From NCBI GenBank assembly GCA_019058315.1, contig JAHPZH010000001.1, positions 64,001 to 128,000 on the forward strand: a stretch of 64,000 bases of DNA. The letters run 5' to 3'. This DNA comes from Candidatus Helarchaeota archaeon. GTDB lineage: Archaea; Asgardarchaeota; Lokiarchaeia; Helarchaeales; RDOG01. Below, one piece after another: positions 39,257 to 48,838 of this stretch. Each line of letters opens with the position of its first letter. Position 1 is the stretch's first letter. Position numbers and translations under genes: made by a program. The notes under the pieces were generated by a model. The model made no database searches, had not been told where the DNA came from, and worked only from the letters and a program-made list of their open reading frames with translations.

Positions 39257-40834
39257 TTACTTTTTAATTATTATTGCCACTAACACTAGAATTACTATCG
39301 CCATAGCACCAATTATTATCAAGAGAATAAGAGGATCAATTGGAAAACCCGCACCTGTCGGTATAGGTATAAAATTATCCATAGGTTCTGTAGACACTAA
39401 TGAAACTTTTTGTGCATATATATCATAATCACTTAAGCTTCTATTATCCTGCCACGTTATGATAGCAACTCCAGAACTAACGTAAATAATCTCATGATTT
39501 TCTTGCAAACCATATTCTGTACATACTGGCAGACCCTTACCAACATATTGCAAAATACCATTTTTATCGAGCATTTGTGCATAGATTGATCCATTAGCAT
39601 CTTCTTCTTTATCTATCCAAGAGATAAATGAATTTCCTGAGGAGTCGCAGCAAATCCTAGACTGTTGTTGATCACTGGGTGAAGTACAAACAGGGGTACC
39701 ATTATTTCTCCATAATGTGGTGCCTATTGGGTTAATTTTTTGAGTATAGATATCCTCCTCATAAATATTTCGTAAATCCTGCCATGTAATAATTGCATTT
39801 CCCTCACTATCACAGCAAATTTTTGGATAGAATTGGCTATATTCTGCTGTACAAATTGGTGTGCCATTGAGAGTCCAATAAACAGTACCAGTTGAGTCGA
39901 TTTTTTGTGCATATATATCTGTATATGTACCGTTTCTATTATCCACCCAAGTGATAATTGCATTACCAGAACTATCACAGCAAATATCAGGCCAATATTG
40001 ACTGTCAGTTGCATTACAAATTACAGTACCATTGTCTTGCAATTGTGAATGACCTGTAGAATTAATAAATTGACAATAGATATCGTTATCTGATGTTGTC
40101 ATATTTCTATAGTCTTGCCAAGTAATAATTGCGTTTCCTGCACCATAAACACTAATTTTTGGAAATGTTTGGATGTTTATAGCATTGCAAATTATTTTTC
40201 CGTTAGTTGTCCATTGGACAACTCCACTCGAATTAATTCTCTGGGCATGGATATTAGATGTTGCAAATTCATCATTTATCCATGTAAGAATCGCACCGCC
40301 TAAATTATCGCTGCAAATTTCTATCCTTGATTCATCATTAGGCAAACCAGTAATTTGCACACCGTTGGCAGTCCATTGCGTAATCCCGTTTGCGTCCACT
40401 CTTTGAGCTTTAATATTTTGAGTATCTTCCCATGCGATGATTGCCCCCCCAGAACCATCAGAACATATCTGGGGAAGAGTTTGAGAACCAGGAGAGTTAC
40501 AAATTAATGTGCCGTTAACATCCCATAATGGATTCCCATTTGAATCGATTCTTTGAACATAAATACTAGAAATGTCTCTGGAATCCGCCCAAGTAATAAT
40601 TGCACCACCAGTTCCATCACTGCATATTTCAGGATTATATTGGTCTTGTGGCGTTTGTACACATACAGGTGTACCATTAGCTGCCCATTGCGTACTTAAA
40701 CCATTAGCCTTGAGTTTAGATTTCTCATCAATTTTTAAAAGTAAGACATTTTGATTGCTAAACCCTGTATATGAATTTATAGCTAAAATGGAAAACATCA
40801 AGATTGGGATTAAAATTAAAAACCTTTTCTTCAT
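39257..40834 (-). CDS. Secreted beta-propeller protein with C-terminal TM anchor
   Basis: About seven repeats W..NGT.IC....Q..P.ICSD..GGAIITW.D.R...DIY.Q.I; signal peptide MKKRFLILIP; C-terminal hydrophobic helix followed by KK. Confidence 0.85.
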   Translation of the reverse strand: MKKRFLILIPILMFSILAINSYTGFSNQNVLLLKIDEKSKLKANGLSTQWAANGTPVCVQTPQDQYNPEICSDGTGGAIITWADSRDISSIYVQRIDSNGNPLWDVNGTLICNSPGSQTLPQICSDGSGGAIIAWEDTQNIKAQRVDANGITQWTANGVQITGLPNDESRIEICSDNLGGAILTWINDEFATSNIHAQRINSSGVVQWTTNGKIICNAINIQTFPKISVYGAGNAIITWQDYRNMTTSDNDIYCQFINSTGHSQLQDNGTVICNATDSQYWPDICCDSSGNAIITWVDNRNGTYTDIYAQKIDSTGTVYWTLNGTPICTAEYSQFYPKICCDSEGNAIITWQDLRNIYEEDIYTQKINPIGTTLWRNNGTPVCTSPSDQQQSRICCDSSGNSFISWIDKEEDANGSIYAQMLDKNGILQYVGKGLPVCTEYGLQENHEIIYVSSGVAIITWQDNRSLSDYDIYAQKVSLVSTEPMDNFIPIPTGAGFPIDPLILLIIIGAMAIVILVLVAIIIKK

Positions 40835-40949
40835 TTTTAACAAATCCAATTTTTATTAAAATATATCAAATATACTGAGGTTATAACATATAAATTGGAG
40901 TAATAGTTCATAGAGAAATAGAATAATTAAGTTAGAAAGTCGTGTAGAA

Positions 40950-42023
40950 ATGCGAGTAATTATAGATTCGTCGGTAATTGAATCATGTAAGCAAACAATT
41001 CAAGAATGTTATGGTGAAAAAGCGTTTAAAGAAGTAGGGGGGTATATTTTAGGAATGTTTGACGGCGAAAATTTCCAAGTTAAATCCCTTTATCTTGATA
41101 AATATGCTGAATCGACTTCTATCAGAATTAAACTAAGCGTTGATGCATTCCATGAAGTTGAGGAAATACTTTCCCAATCTCCTGAAATGATGTATATTGG
41201 GACATGGCATGTTCATCCTGGGACAGATAAACCCGCATACTCAAATGTTGATGTTTCAACTCTATTTTTAGAACGGGTAATTATAGACACAGATAATCCT
41301 GAAAGTTTGAAATGCCCAAAGATTCATATAATTTTTAATAATTCTCTAACTGAATATAGTTGTTATACTATGGATATATTTTTTAATTTTTTATGCGAAC
41401 CTCTTGATTCATCTGTTGCCAAAAATTTAGTTGAAGCTGAATTGCTTGAAATTGGGCTAGATGCCCTTACGGAATCTAAAACCTTGCTAAAACTAGAAAC
41501 TCTTGAAAGTTATATCAATTTACAAAAAAATATCGAAGAAGTGTATAATAATCTCGATTTAATTTCTGACCAAATCAATTTTGCACTTGACTTTTTTAAT
41601 GAACTTGAATGGTATAATAAAGTTGAAAATAAAATCGAAAAAATAATTAAGAATGAGATTAAAAATGGAGAAAGAATTGGAGTAATCTCTTCTGAAAACG
41701 AGAAAAAAATCGAAAGCTTGAAATATAGACCTAAGAATATAAAAAATTCATATACAGATGGATCTTTAGTAGGTTTTTGGGTATTATTTCCATACGAAAG
41801 TATCAGCGATATGTTTTTGAAAATTTTTTATGCTAATTTCTTCAAAAAAATTGAGACTGAACCTGGAGATGTCTTCTTATTCTTCCTAGTTCAAAAAATT
41901 AAGGAAGAAATCATGATTAAACCGTTTTTTTTAAATTTCACATCATTTGAAGGAATATCATATATAGAATTAGAAATGACTTTGATTGAGGATGACAATG
42001 AAAATAATGTTTCAGAATCCTGA
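40950..42023 (+). CDS. JAB/MPN+ (JAMM) metalloprotease with C-terminal extension
   Basis: EVGGYILG...GTWHVHPGTDKPAYSNVD fits E...HxH...SxxD; overlaps the E1 gene. Confidence 0.88.
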   Translation: MRVIIDSSVIESCKQTIQECYGEKAFKEVGGYILGMFDGENFQVKSLYLDKYAESTSIRIKLSVDAFHEVEEILSQSPEMMYIGTWHVHPGTDKPAYSNVDVSTLFLERVIIDTDNPESLKCPKIHIIFNNSLTEYSCYTMDIFFNFLCEPLDSSVAKNLVEAELLEIGLDALTESKTLLKLETLESYINLQKNIEEVYNNLDLISDQINFALDFFNELEWYNKVENKIEKIIKNEIKNGERIGVISSENEKKIESLKYRPKNIKNSYTDGSLVGFWVLFPYESISDMFLKIFYANFFKKIETEPGDVFLFFLVQKIKEEIMIKPFFLNFTSFEGISYIELEMTLIEDDNENNVSES

Positions 42024-43077
42024 TACGGGTGAAACAATATATATCGAGGATGAGGAGCTTCTTATCAGAGATATTGCCAATAAAATAATGAAAGAATACA
42101 ATCTAGAAAAACCACCAATCTTCTTCACCCTTATGAAAGAAGACCCAGTATCAGAAACTTATCTAGAAGAAGATGATAAATTAAAAACAATTAATGAAGA
42201 AAAATTGGATGTAAAGACACCAATATGGTGGCGATCGTCAGAAATTGATCTAGATTTAATTTATAAACTTCGAACAGAACGCTATGATAGATCGGGTTAT
42301 GAGCTAGAAAAAATCGGAAAAACCAAGGTATTAATTGCAGGTGTGGGATTATTAGGAGCGGATATTGCGTTTGATTGCGCAGTTTTAGGAATAAAGGACC
42401 TTACAATAATTGATTATGGGTCTGTAGATTGGTTTAATATCTATCGACAAAGTCTCTATTCCAAAAAAGATGTATTTAAATCGAAAGTTGAAGTGGCAAA
42501 AGAAAATCTCGAGGATATGGGGGGTGTAAATGTTAAATCATTAAAAATTGAGATTCCAAGTTTTATTTATCTGCCAGAAGATAAAAGTATAATACAAAAT
42601 TCCATTTTAAAAATTGAGCCTGAAGTTAAAAAATGTGATATAATAATTACTGCTCTTGATACATTCAGCGCTAGAATGATAATGCAAACTTTAGCTTTAG
42701 CAAATGATAAAATCCTTATTAATACGGCGGCTGGTCTAGTAGGTGGGGTAGTTCAATTAGTGAGAATTAAGCAAAATGATCCTTGCTTGGCATGTGGTAT
42801 TTATTTTGATAGAAATCAAGATGTGGGTGCGTGCACTTTGGCATCGTTTGGTACTCCTAAAATCATATCTGGAATTACAATGGAAATTTTGACAAATCTG
42901 ATTGAAGAAAGAGAAATCAAATATAACCATTTTAAATATATTCCCCAAACTTACCAAATAGAACAAAGTAATTTTATAAAAGGCAAAGAGTTCTGTGATT
43001 TTTGCGATAGGGAGAAAGGAATTATATTTAAATATAAAAATGGAGAAAAAAAAGCCCTAATTGATTGGTTATATTGA
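41998..43077 (+). CDS. ThiF/MoeB/E1-family adenylyltransferase with N-terminal Ubl-like domain
   Basis: RYDR, VLIAGVGLLG, IIDYGSVDWFNIYRQ, SKVEVAK, ALDTFSAR, Zn pairs PCLAC and CDFC, putative catalytic Cys in VGACT; start at ATG 41998. Confidence 0.88.
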   Translation: MKIMFQNPDTGETIYIEDEELLIRDIANKIMKEYNLEKPPIFFTLMKEDPVSETYLEEDDKLKTINEEKLDVKTPIWWRSSEIDLDLIYKLRTERYDRSGYELEKIGKTKVLIAGVGLLGADIAFDCAVLGIKDLTIIDYGSVDWFNIYRQSLYSKKDVFKSKVEVAKENLEDMGGVNVKSLKIEIPSFIYLPEDKSIIQNSILKIEPEVKKCDIIITALDTFSARMIMQTLALANDKILINTAAGLVGGVVQLVRIKQNDPCLACGIYFDRNQDVGACTLASFGTPKIISGITMEILTNLIEEREIKYNHFKYIPQTYQIEQSNFIKGKEFCDFCDREKGIIFKYKNGEKKALIDWLY

Positions 43078-43214
43078 TTTATATGAAAATTTATTTATTT
43101 AAAGATAAATAATAACATTTTTTAATATAATTTTTAATGTAAAAGCACGCATTAATTTATTATTGTCATACTAAATTAGTTTCAAGATTTCAAATAAATA
43201 GGAGAAAAATTAAG

Positions 43215-44060
43215 ATGGTTGAAATTACATTAACCCCTAAAAAAGATGCATTCTCTTCAAAAATTCCTCTTGAAGCAGAAATTATTACAACAGATAATCT
43301 CGCTGGAAAATCTATTGAGGAAATAAAAAAACTGCCAGTATGGAAAGGAAATCGTGAAAAAAATCTAGGAGAATTTTTCGATGTAAAAGGAGGAAAAGCA
43401 GATGCTCCAGCAGATATAAAAATAATCATCGATGGTGATATTCCGATGGTAAAAGGGATTGGAACAAAGATGACTGCTGGTGAAATAGTTGTCAAAGGTA
43501 AAGCAGGAATGCACACAGCAGATCTATTAAATGGTGGAAAAATCACAGTGGAAGGAGACGTAGATGACTTCTGCGGCTCTGAGATGAAAAAGGGAGAATT
43601 TATTGTGAATGGAAATGCAGGAAATTACTTTATCGCAGCAGCTAGGGGTAATTGGCAAGGTATGACTGGTGGAAAAGTTGTAGTTAATGGCAGTGTTGGT
43701 TCTGAAATGGCTGCTTGGGTTCGTGGTAAGACGACCCGGATAGAAATCAATGGAAATGTTAAAGGTTTTGCGGCTGTTCATATGCACGGAGGATTGCTTA
43801 TCATAAATGGAGATGTTTTAGATAGATTAGGAGCTGAAATGGCAAGGGGAATTATTATAGTTAATGGAAAATTGGAATCTATTCTACCATCATTTAAATA
43901 TTCAGGGGAAGTGCAAGAGATAGAAGTGAATGAAACTGAAAAAATTACTGGAAAGTATTTACAATTCAATGGTGATTACGCCCAATTAGGTGTAAAATCA
44001 AAATATTTTGGTAGAATTTTCCTCGCTGCGGATAAGAATAAACATTTAATTCCAAAATAA
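43215..44060 (+). CDS. fwdC: Formylmethanofuran dehydrogenase subunit C
   Basis: IPLEAEIIT, LPVWKGNREKNLGEFFDV, GXGXG beta-helix repeats, RGNWQGMTGG, ILPSF. Confidence 0.92.
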   Translation: MVEITLTPKKDAFSSKIPLEAEIITTDNLAGKSIEEIKKLPVWKGNREKNLGEFFDVKGGKADAPADIKIIIDGDIPMVKGIGTKMTAGEIVVKGKAGMHTADLLNGGKITVEGDVDDFCGSEMKKGEFIVNGNAGNYFIAAARGNWQGMTGGKVVVNGSVGSEMAAWVRGKTTRIEINGNVKGFAAVHMHGGLLIINGDVLDRLGAEMARGIIIVNGKLESILPSFKYSGEVQEIEVNETEKITGKYLQFNGDYAQLGVKSKYFGRIFLAADKNKHLIPK

Positions 44061-44145
44061 TTTGCTTTTTTTATAAAATATTATAAATAAAATTAACTTA
44101 ATTATAGTTTAAATATTCTAATTAATTAAAACGGTAGTTAATTTT

Positions 44146-45312
44146 ATGCCAAAACCTGAAAATTGGATACTTATAAAGGTCCACGCTAATACAAAATTAG
44201 ATATTCCAAAGACAAAAATTCCACATCATAAAACTTGCGGGTTTCTTTCAAGAAGATTAAAAAATTTGTTAATGGATTCATTTGCATATGCATTTATTTC
44301 AGCAATAAATGAACCATATTTTAAAGTAGCAATAGGAAAATCTGATGAAGCTTTTGAAAAAAGGTTTTTAAATGTAATCAAGCGAACCTTTTTGAAAGAG
44401 CTAGTATTAGAGGTCTTTAGAAAGGGTGGTTTGGGATATGGTAAAAAAGGATACTTAGAACCACTTCCTTATTCAAAGCCCTACTGGGAGTATGACTTCG
44501 TAAATGCTAAAAGATTCGATGTTGATGGTAATCTAAAGGGTTTTATTGATGTAAAAGTTATTTATATTAATTACTCTTCTGAAAAAAACGTTACAATTGA
44601 AGAATTAGACACCACAAAAATAAAAAGATCGAAAAAAGCTTCAAAAGATGCTCCAGATATATCGCATCCTTTAGGAATATTGCTTGAAGCACCATGGCGT
44701 CATTATTATAAACTAATTGAACAAACTAAAAGAAAGAATGGTGACAAATTAGAGGTTCCATTCGAAATTCTATTCGTTTTAGCACCTTGGTTTGATCAAA
44801 CAGTTGAAGGTGAAATTTTAGATTTATTAGAAGAATATGTGCACCTTGATCATTCTAAAAAATCATTACCTATTCCTTCACAAGTACCTAAATTAATCGA
44901 GAGATATTTCCCTCTTGTTGAAGAAAGACCAGCGAGTTCCGATTGGATTTTGGAAAACTGGAATAAAATTTATGATGTTATTGGTTATGAGGCCGAGAGA
45001 TCTATTAAAGATTTAGAAGGATTTTGGTTATGGGTTTTGGGTGTTGTCGACAAAGGAAAAGCAAAAAAATTCGTGAATGTATACTACGATGATCAAATAA
45101 TGATGAACATTGAAGGAAAAGATACTGCGATCTGGAGCTCTGTGGTTCCCCCACCATATCCGCGAATTTATTCTTCTTATCTTAAAAAGAAAGAAGCTGG
45201 AGAAGACGTATCTCCTCCTGATATCGATCCGGATCATCCAGATTATAATTTGAATAACCATGCAATCGATGTTTTTTCAGATGATGTAAAACCAATAACA
45301 GATTATATTTAG
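44146..45312 (+). CDS. Hypothetical soluble protein
   Basis: 388-aa ORF with normal composition; no family recognised. Confidence 0.7.
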   Translation: MPKPENWILIKVHANTKLDIPKTKIPHHKTCGFLSRRLKNLLMDSFAYAFISAINEPYFKVAIGKSDEAFEKRFLNVIKRTFLKELVLEVFRKGGLGYGKKGYLEPLPYSKPYWEYDFVNAKRFDVDGNLKGFIDVKVIYINYSSEKNVTIEELDTTKIKRSKKASKDAPDISHPLGILLEAPWRHYYKLIEQTKRKNGDKLEVPFEILFVLAPWFDQTVEGEILDLLEEYVHLDHSKKSLPIPSQVPKLIERYFPLVEERPASSDWILENWNKIYDVIGYEAERSIKDLEGFWLWVLGVVDKGKAKKFVNVYYDDQIMMNIEGKDTAIWSSVVPPPYPRIYSSYLKKKEAGEDVSPPDIDPDHPDYNLNNHAIDVFSDDVKPITDYI

Positions 45313-45344
45313 ATTTTACATTCTTTTTTATTTTTTTAATTGAT

Positions 45345-46358
45345 TTAACATAGCTTATATGCTGAAATTACAACTTCTAGAGCTTTTTTACCATCTATAG
45401 CATTTGCAACTGGTTCTTTATTTTCTAAAATACATTCAACAAAATGGTCTGTCATTTTTTTCTTAACATTTTCCATAAACATATCTGGTTTTAGTGACTG
45501 AACTAATTCATTTCTTTTTAATTTCTTTGGAAAAAATTCGATTTTGGGTTCAGATTTATAATTCAATGCTTGTAAACTTATTATACCATTGAATCCATGG
45601 ACCTCGATAATATTAGATGGAAGATCACACCAACTTGTTTCAAGCTCGCATATAATACCGCTCTTAAATTTAAAAACTACACTTGCGACATCTTCCCAAG
45701 TCATTTCTTTACAGAAAGTTCCCATAGAGGCTCCTGTCAGCTCTGAGATATCACCAAACAACCATATTAATGTATCAATATGATGAATTCCTAAATCCAA
45801 TAAGACTCCTCCCCCAGCTTTTACTTTATCAAAGAACCATCTATCTTTACTGCTTGCTCTCCAAGAAGTATAAGGTCCTTTATGAGAAAATCTTGCCCTT
45901 ACAAATGAAATTTCTCCCAGAACTTCTTTATCAATAATTTCTTTTAAAATTTGATATGCAGTCCAAAACCTCTGATGAGCTGCATACATAAATATTATTT
46001 TTGCCTTATTTACAGCAGCTATTATCTTATTTGCATCTTCAAGATTTGTGGTTAATGGCTTTTCACAAAAAACATGTTTCCTTGCTTCTGCTGCAGCTAT
46101 AGCCATTTCAGCATGTAAGTAATTTGGCGTACAAATAACAACAGCATCAATATCTTCCTTTTCAAACATTGTATTATAGTCTGTATAATATGATGTCATT
46201 TCAAACTTTTTAGCAAATTTTTCTGCATGTTCTTTAGTACGTGATGTCACACTAACTAGTTCAACATTTGGATTCTGATTAAAAAGTCCAGTATTTTCGT
46301 AAGCAACTGCACCGGCCCCTAAAATTCCAAAACGAATCTTTTTCAAAATAAATATCAC
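45345..46358 (-). CDS. Gfo/Idh/MocA family oxidoreductase
   Basis: GILGAG, ICTPNYLH, HVFCEKP, GGGVLLDLGIHHID; true start probably the TTG of LKKIRFG. Confidence 0.93.
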   Translation of the reverse strand: MIFILKKIRFGILGAGAVAYENTGLFNQNPNVELVSVTSRTKEHAEKFAKKFEMTSYYTDYNTMFEKEDIDAVVICTPNYLHAEMAIAAAEARKHVFCEKPLTTNLEDANKIIAAVNKAKIIFMYAAHQRFWTAYQILKEIIDKEVLGEISFVRARFSHKGPYTSWRASSKDRWFFDKVKAGGGVLLDLGIHHIDTLIWLFGDISELTGASMGTFCKEMTWEDVASVVFKFKSGIICELETSWCDLPSNIIEVHGFNGIISLQALNYKSEPKIEFFPKKLKRNELVQSLKPDMFMENVKKKMTDHFVECILENKEPVANAIDGKKALEVVISAYKLC

Positions 46359-46497
46359 CGATTATTAAATTAAATTAGATCATTTCAACAAATTCAGTAA
46401 AATTTTACATTAATTAATGTTAAATAAGACTAATCTATACTAATTTAATTCTAAGTATATTATAATTCCCAAATTATCAAAGTTTTAAGGCGTTAAT

Positions 46498-48000
46498 TTG
46501 AAAAGTTATGACGTAATTATCATTCATCCACCAAGAGTAATGGAACCAGATTATGGTAAGCACACAAAATTTGTTCGAAGTACATATATTTTTATTCCAA
46601 TGGGTGTTTTTGCAATTGCTGACTTTCTTGAGAGGGAAGGGTTTGGAGTTAAAATTATTAATTATCCTTTAGAGCAATATTTAAACCGGAAATGGTCTTT
46701 GGCTGAGTTTCTTAAAAAAATTAATTTTAAGGTATGTGGAATAGATTTACATTGGATCCACAACGCACATGGAGTCATTGAAACTGCAAAGATTGTGAAA
46801 GAGGTAAATCCTAATGCTAAAGTGGTTTTCGGAGGTTTTAGCGCTTCTTATTATCATGATCAATTATTGAAATACTATAAAAATATTGATGCAGTAATTA
46901 GAGGAGAAGGTGAAATTCCTCTTTTGAATTACGTTCGTAATACTAATAAAAATCATGATTTAGATTCTGTGGCTAATTTATCTTATCGAAATGCCTCTAA
47001 TCACATCAAAATTAATCCTATTTCTTATGTAGCAAAATCATTGAATGAATTCAATTTTACTAATGTAAATCTCTTAGAGAATGCAAAAAAATATTTCGAG
47101 TATAGTAGAAGAATTATGGGAATTTCTCTTAATCTACCCATAGCTAGAGGATGTCCCTTCAATTGTCCTTGTTGTGCAGGAGGGCAAAGGGCTCAACAAA
47201 AATTATCGGGACGGGATAAGGTAATTTTCAGAAACCCAGAAAAAGTAATAGAAGATATCCACAATATCTTGGATAAATATAACATCCCTAGCGTTTTTTT
47301 TGGACATGGTACCTATCCCACAAATTTGAAATATTGGAAAAATCTTTTTAAATTGATTCGTAAGGAAAAGTTCGATATTAGCGGTGATTTGGAAATATGG
47401 AGGCTGCCATATCCCAAAGATATGTGGGAATTGTTTTATAAGACCTTCACTCGTAGACATTCATCGATTAGTATTTCTCCTCGAACTATGTCTACAAATG
47501 TACATAATAAGGTTGCAAAAATCTGTGATCCTACTTTTCAATTTCCTAAAAATCAAATTCAAGATTTAATAAAAAATGCAAATTTATTCAGAATGACTCT
47601 AAGAATATGGTTAACAATAGGTTATCCATTTCAAACCCGTAGAGATGTTCTTAAAGATTATTTATTTACAATAAAATGTCTCATAAAATATGGAAGTTCC
47701 AATTTCAAACCAATTACTATTATGAGTGAACCATATTATATTTTTCCTGGTTCACCTGCTCATGAGGATCCCAAAAGTTTTGGAATCAAATTAGATTATA
47801 ATTCCTTTCCACAAATAGTTGATGCATTTAAAAGAATAAAAGTAACATATACAAATAGAGTTTTAAACTATGAAACTAAGTATTTTTCGAAAACCACAAA
47901 TCTTATAATAAATGATCTATTATTTTTAACTGCTGCACCCATGTTTTTAACGAGAGGTGCGAAATATCCCAAAGAAAAAGATGTAACTATTTTTAAGTAA
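46498..48000 (+). CDS. Cobalamin-binding radical SAM protein
   Basis: N-terminal B12-binding domain (PMGVFAIADFL, VFGGFSAS, RGEGE), ARGCPFNCPCC, PGSP. Confidence 0.88.
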   Translation: MKSYDVIIIHPPRVMEPDYGKHTKFVRSTYIFIPMGVFAIADFLEREGFGVKIINYPLEQYLNRKWSLAEFLKKINFKVCGIDLHWIHNAHGVIETAKIVKEVNPNAKVVFGGFSASYYHDQLLKYYKNIDAVIRGEGEIPLLNYVRNTNKNHDLDSVANLSYRNASNHIKINPISYVAKSLNEFNFTNVNLLENAKKYFEYSRRIMGISLNLPIARGCPFNCPCCAGGQRAQQKLSGRDKVIFRNPEKVIEDIHNILDKYNIPSVFFGHGTYPTNLKYWKNLFKLIRKEKFDISGDLEIWRLPYPKDMWELFYKTFTRRHSSISISPRTMSTNVHNKVAKICDPTFQFPKNQIQDLIKNANLFRMTLRIWLTIGYPFQTRRDVLKDYLFTIKCLIKYGSSNFKPITIMSEPYYIFPGSPAHEDPKSFGIKLDYNSFPQIVDAFKRIKVTYTNRVLNYETKYFSKTTNLIINDLLFLTAAPMFLTRGAKYPKEKDVTIFK

Positions 48001-48139
48001 AATTTTTTCGTCAATTTTAATCTTTTTTGAATGATTAACGATTTTATTGATAAGTTTTTTAATAATTTCAATTCATTTTAGAAATTTTTATATATTATTT
48101 GCTTGATTGTAATTAAAGTAAAAATTTTGGAGATAACTC

Positions 48140-48715
48140 TTGAAAGACAATAGCTTTTCTAAATTATTTGTATTAAGCTTCATAATATTTATTTTTAGTT
48201 CTTTAATGCTCCCAATTATCAAATATTTTATTGATATCATCGCTGAAATGTTATTTGTATTCCAATATAAATTCTTTTATCAATTTCATATCAACTTTAA
48301 TTTATTATTATTCGAAGAAATTCTTCCCTATTTGATTTTAGCTTGGTTAATTAGTGAAATGTTCATTTGTCCTTGTATAATTAAAGCAAGACTCTCCAAG
48401 AGATTCAAAAATTTTATTTTAAGTTATATAATGAAGAAAAAATTTGACCATTTCGAATTTAATTCAATAAAATATGAAAATAAAAGGAAGCAATCCAAAG
48501 AGAAGAAAACTAGTGATGAAATATATGTTCATTTTACTCCTAAATTAGGAAAAAATGAATCCCATTTTAATCAAGAGAGAATAAAATATAATAATAATCC
48601 TCCTGATTATAATATTTCAAATTTTTTAAGAAAATTTTCAAATATCTTTAATATTTTTTTATTATTTTTTTCAAATTTTTTTTCAAACCTATGTTCACTA
48701 TGGAGGGGGAAATAA
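48140..48715 (+). CDS. Hypothetical membrane protein
   Basis: GGAGA upstream of TTG; hydrophobic N-terminus; extremely AT-rich, so it may be spurious. Confidence 0.35.
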   Translation: MKDNSFSKLFVLSFIIFIFSSLMLPIIKYFIDIIAEMLFVFQYKFFYQFHINFNLLLFEEILPYLILAWLISEMFICPCIIKARLSKRFKNFILSYIMKKKFDHFEFNSIKYENKRKQSKEKKTSDEIYVHFTPKLGKNESHFNQERIKYNNNPPDYNISNFLRKFSNIFNIFLLFFSNFFSNLCSLWRGK

Positions 48716-48838
48716 TCGTTTGAACTCATTTTTTAACTATACTTTAAATGGAAATAATTTCTATTTTTTGGTTTCTTTACTATTAAACTTTCAAATATCT
48801 ATTTATTTTAAAAAATTAACAAAAGAAGGTGAGAAAAA

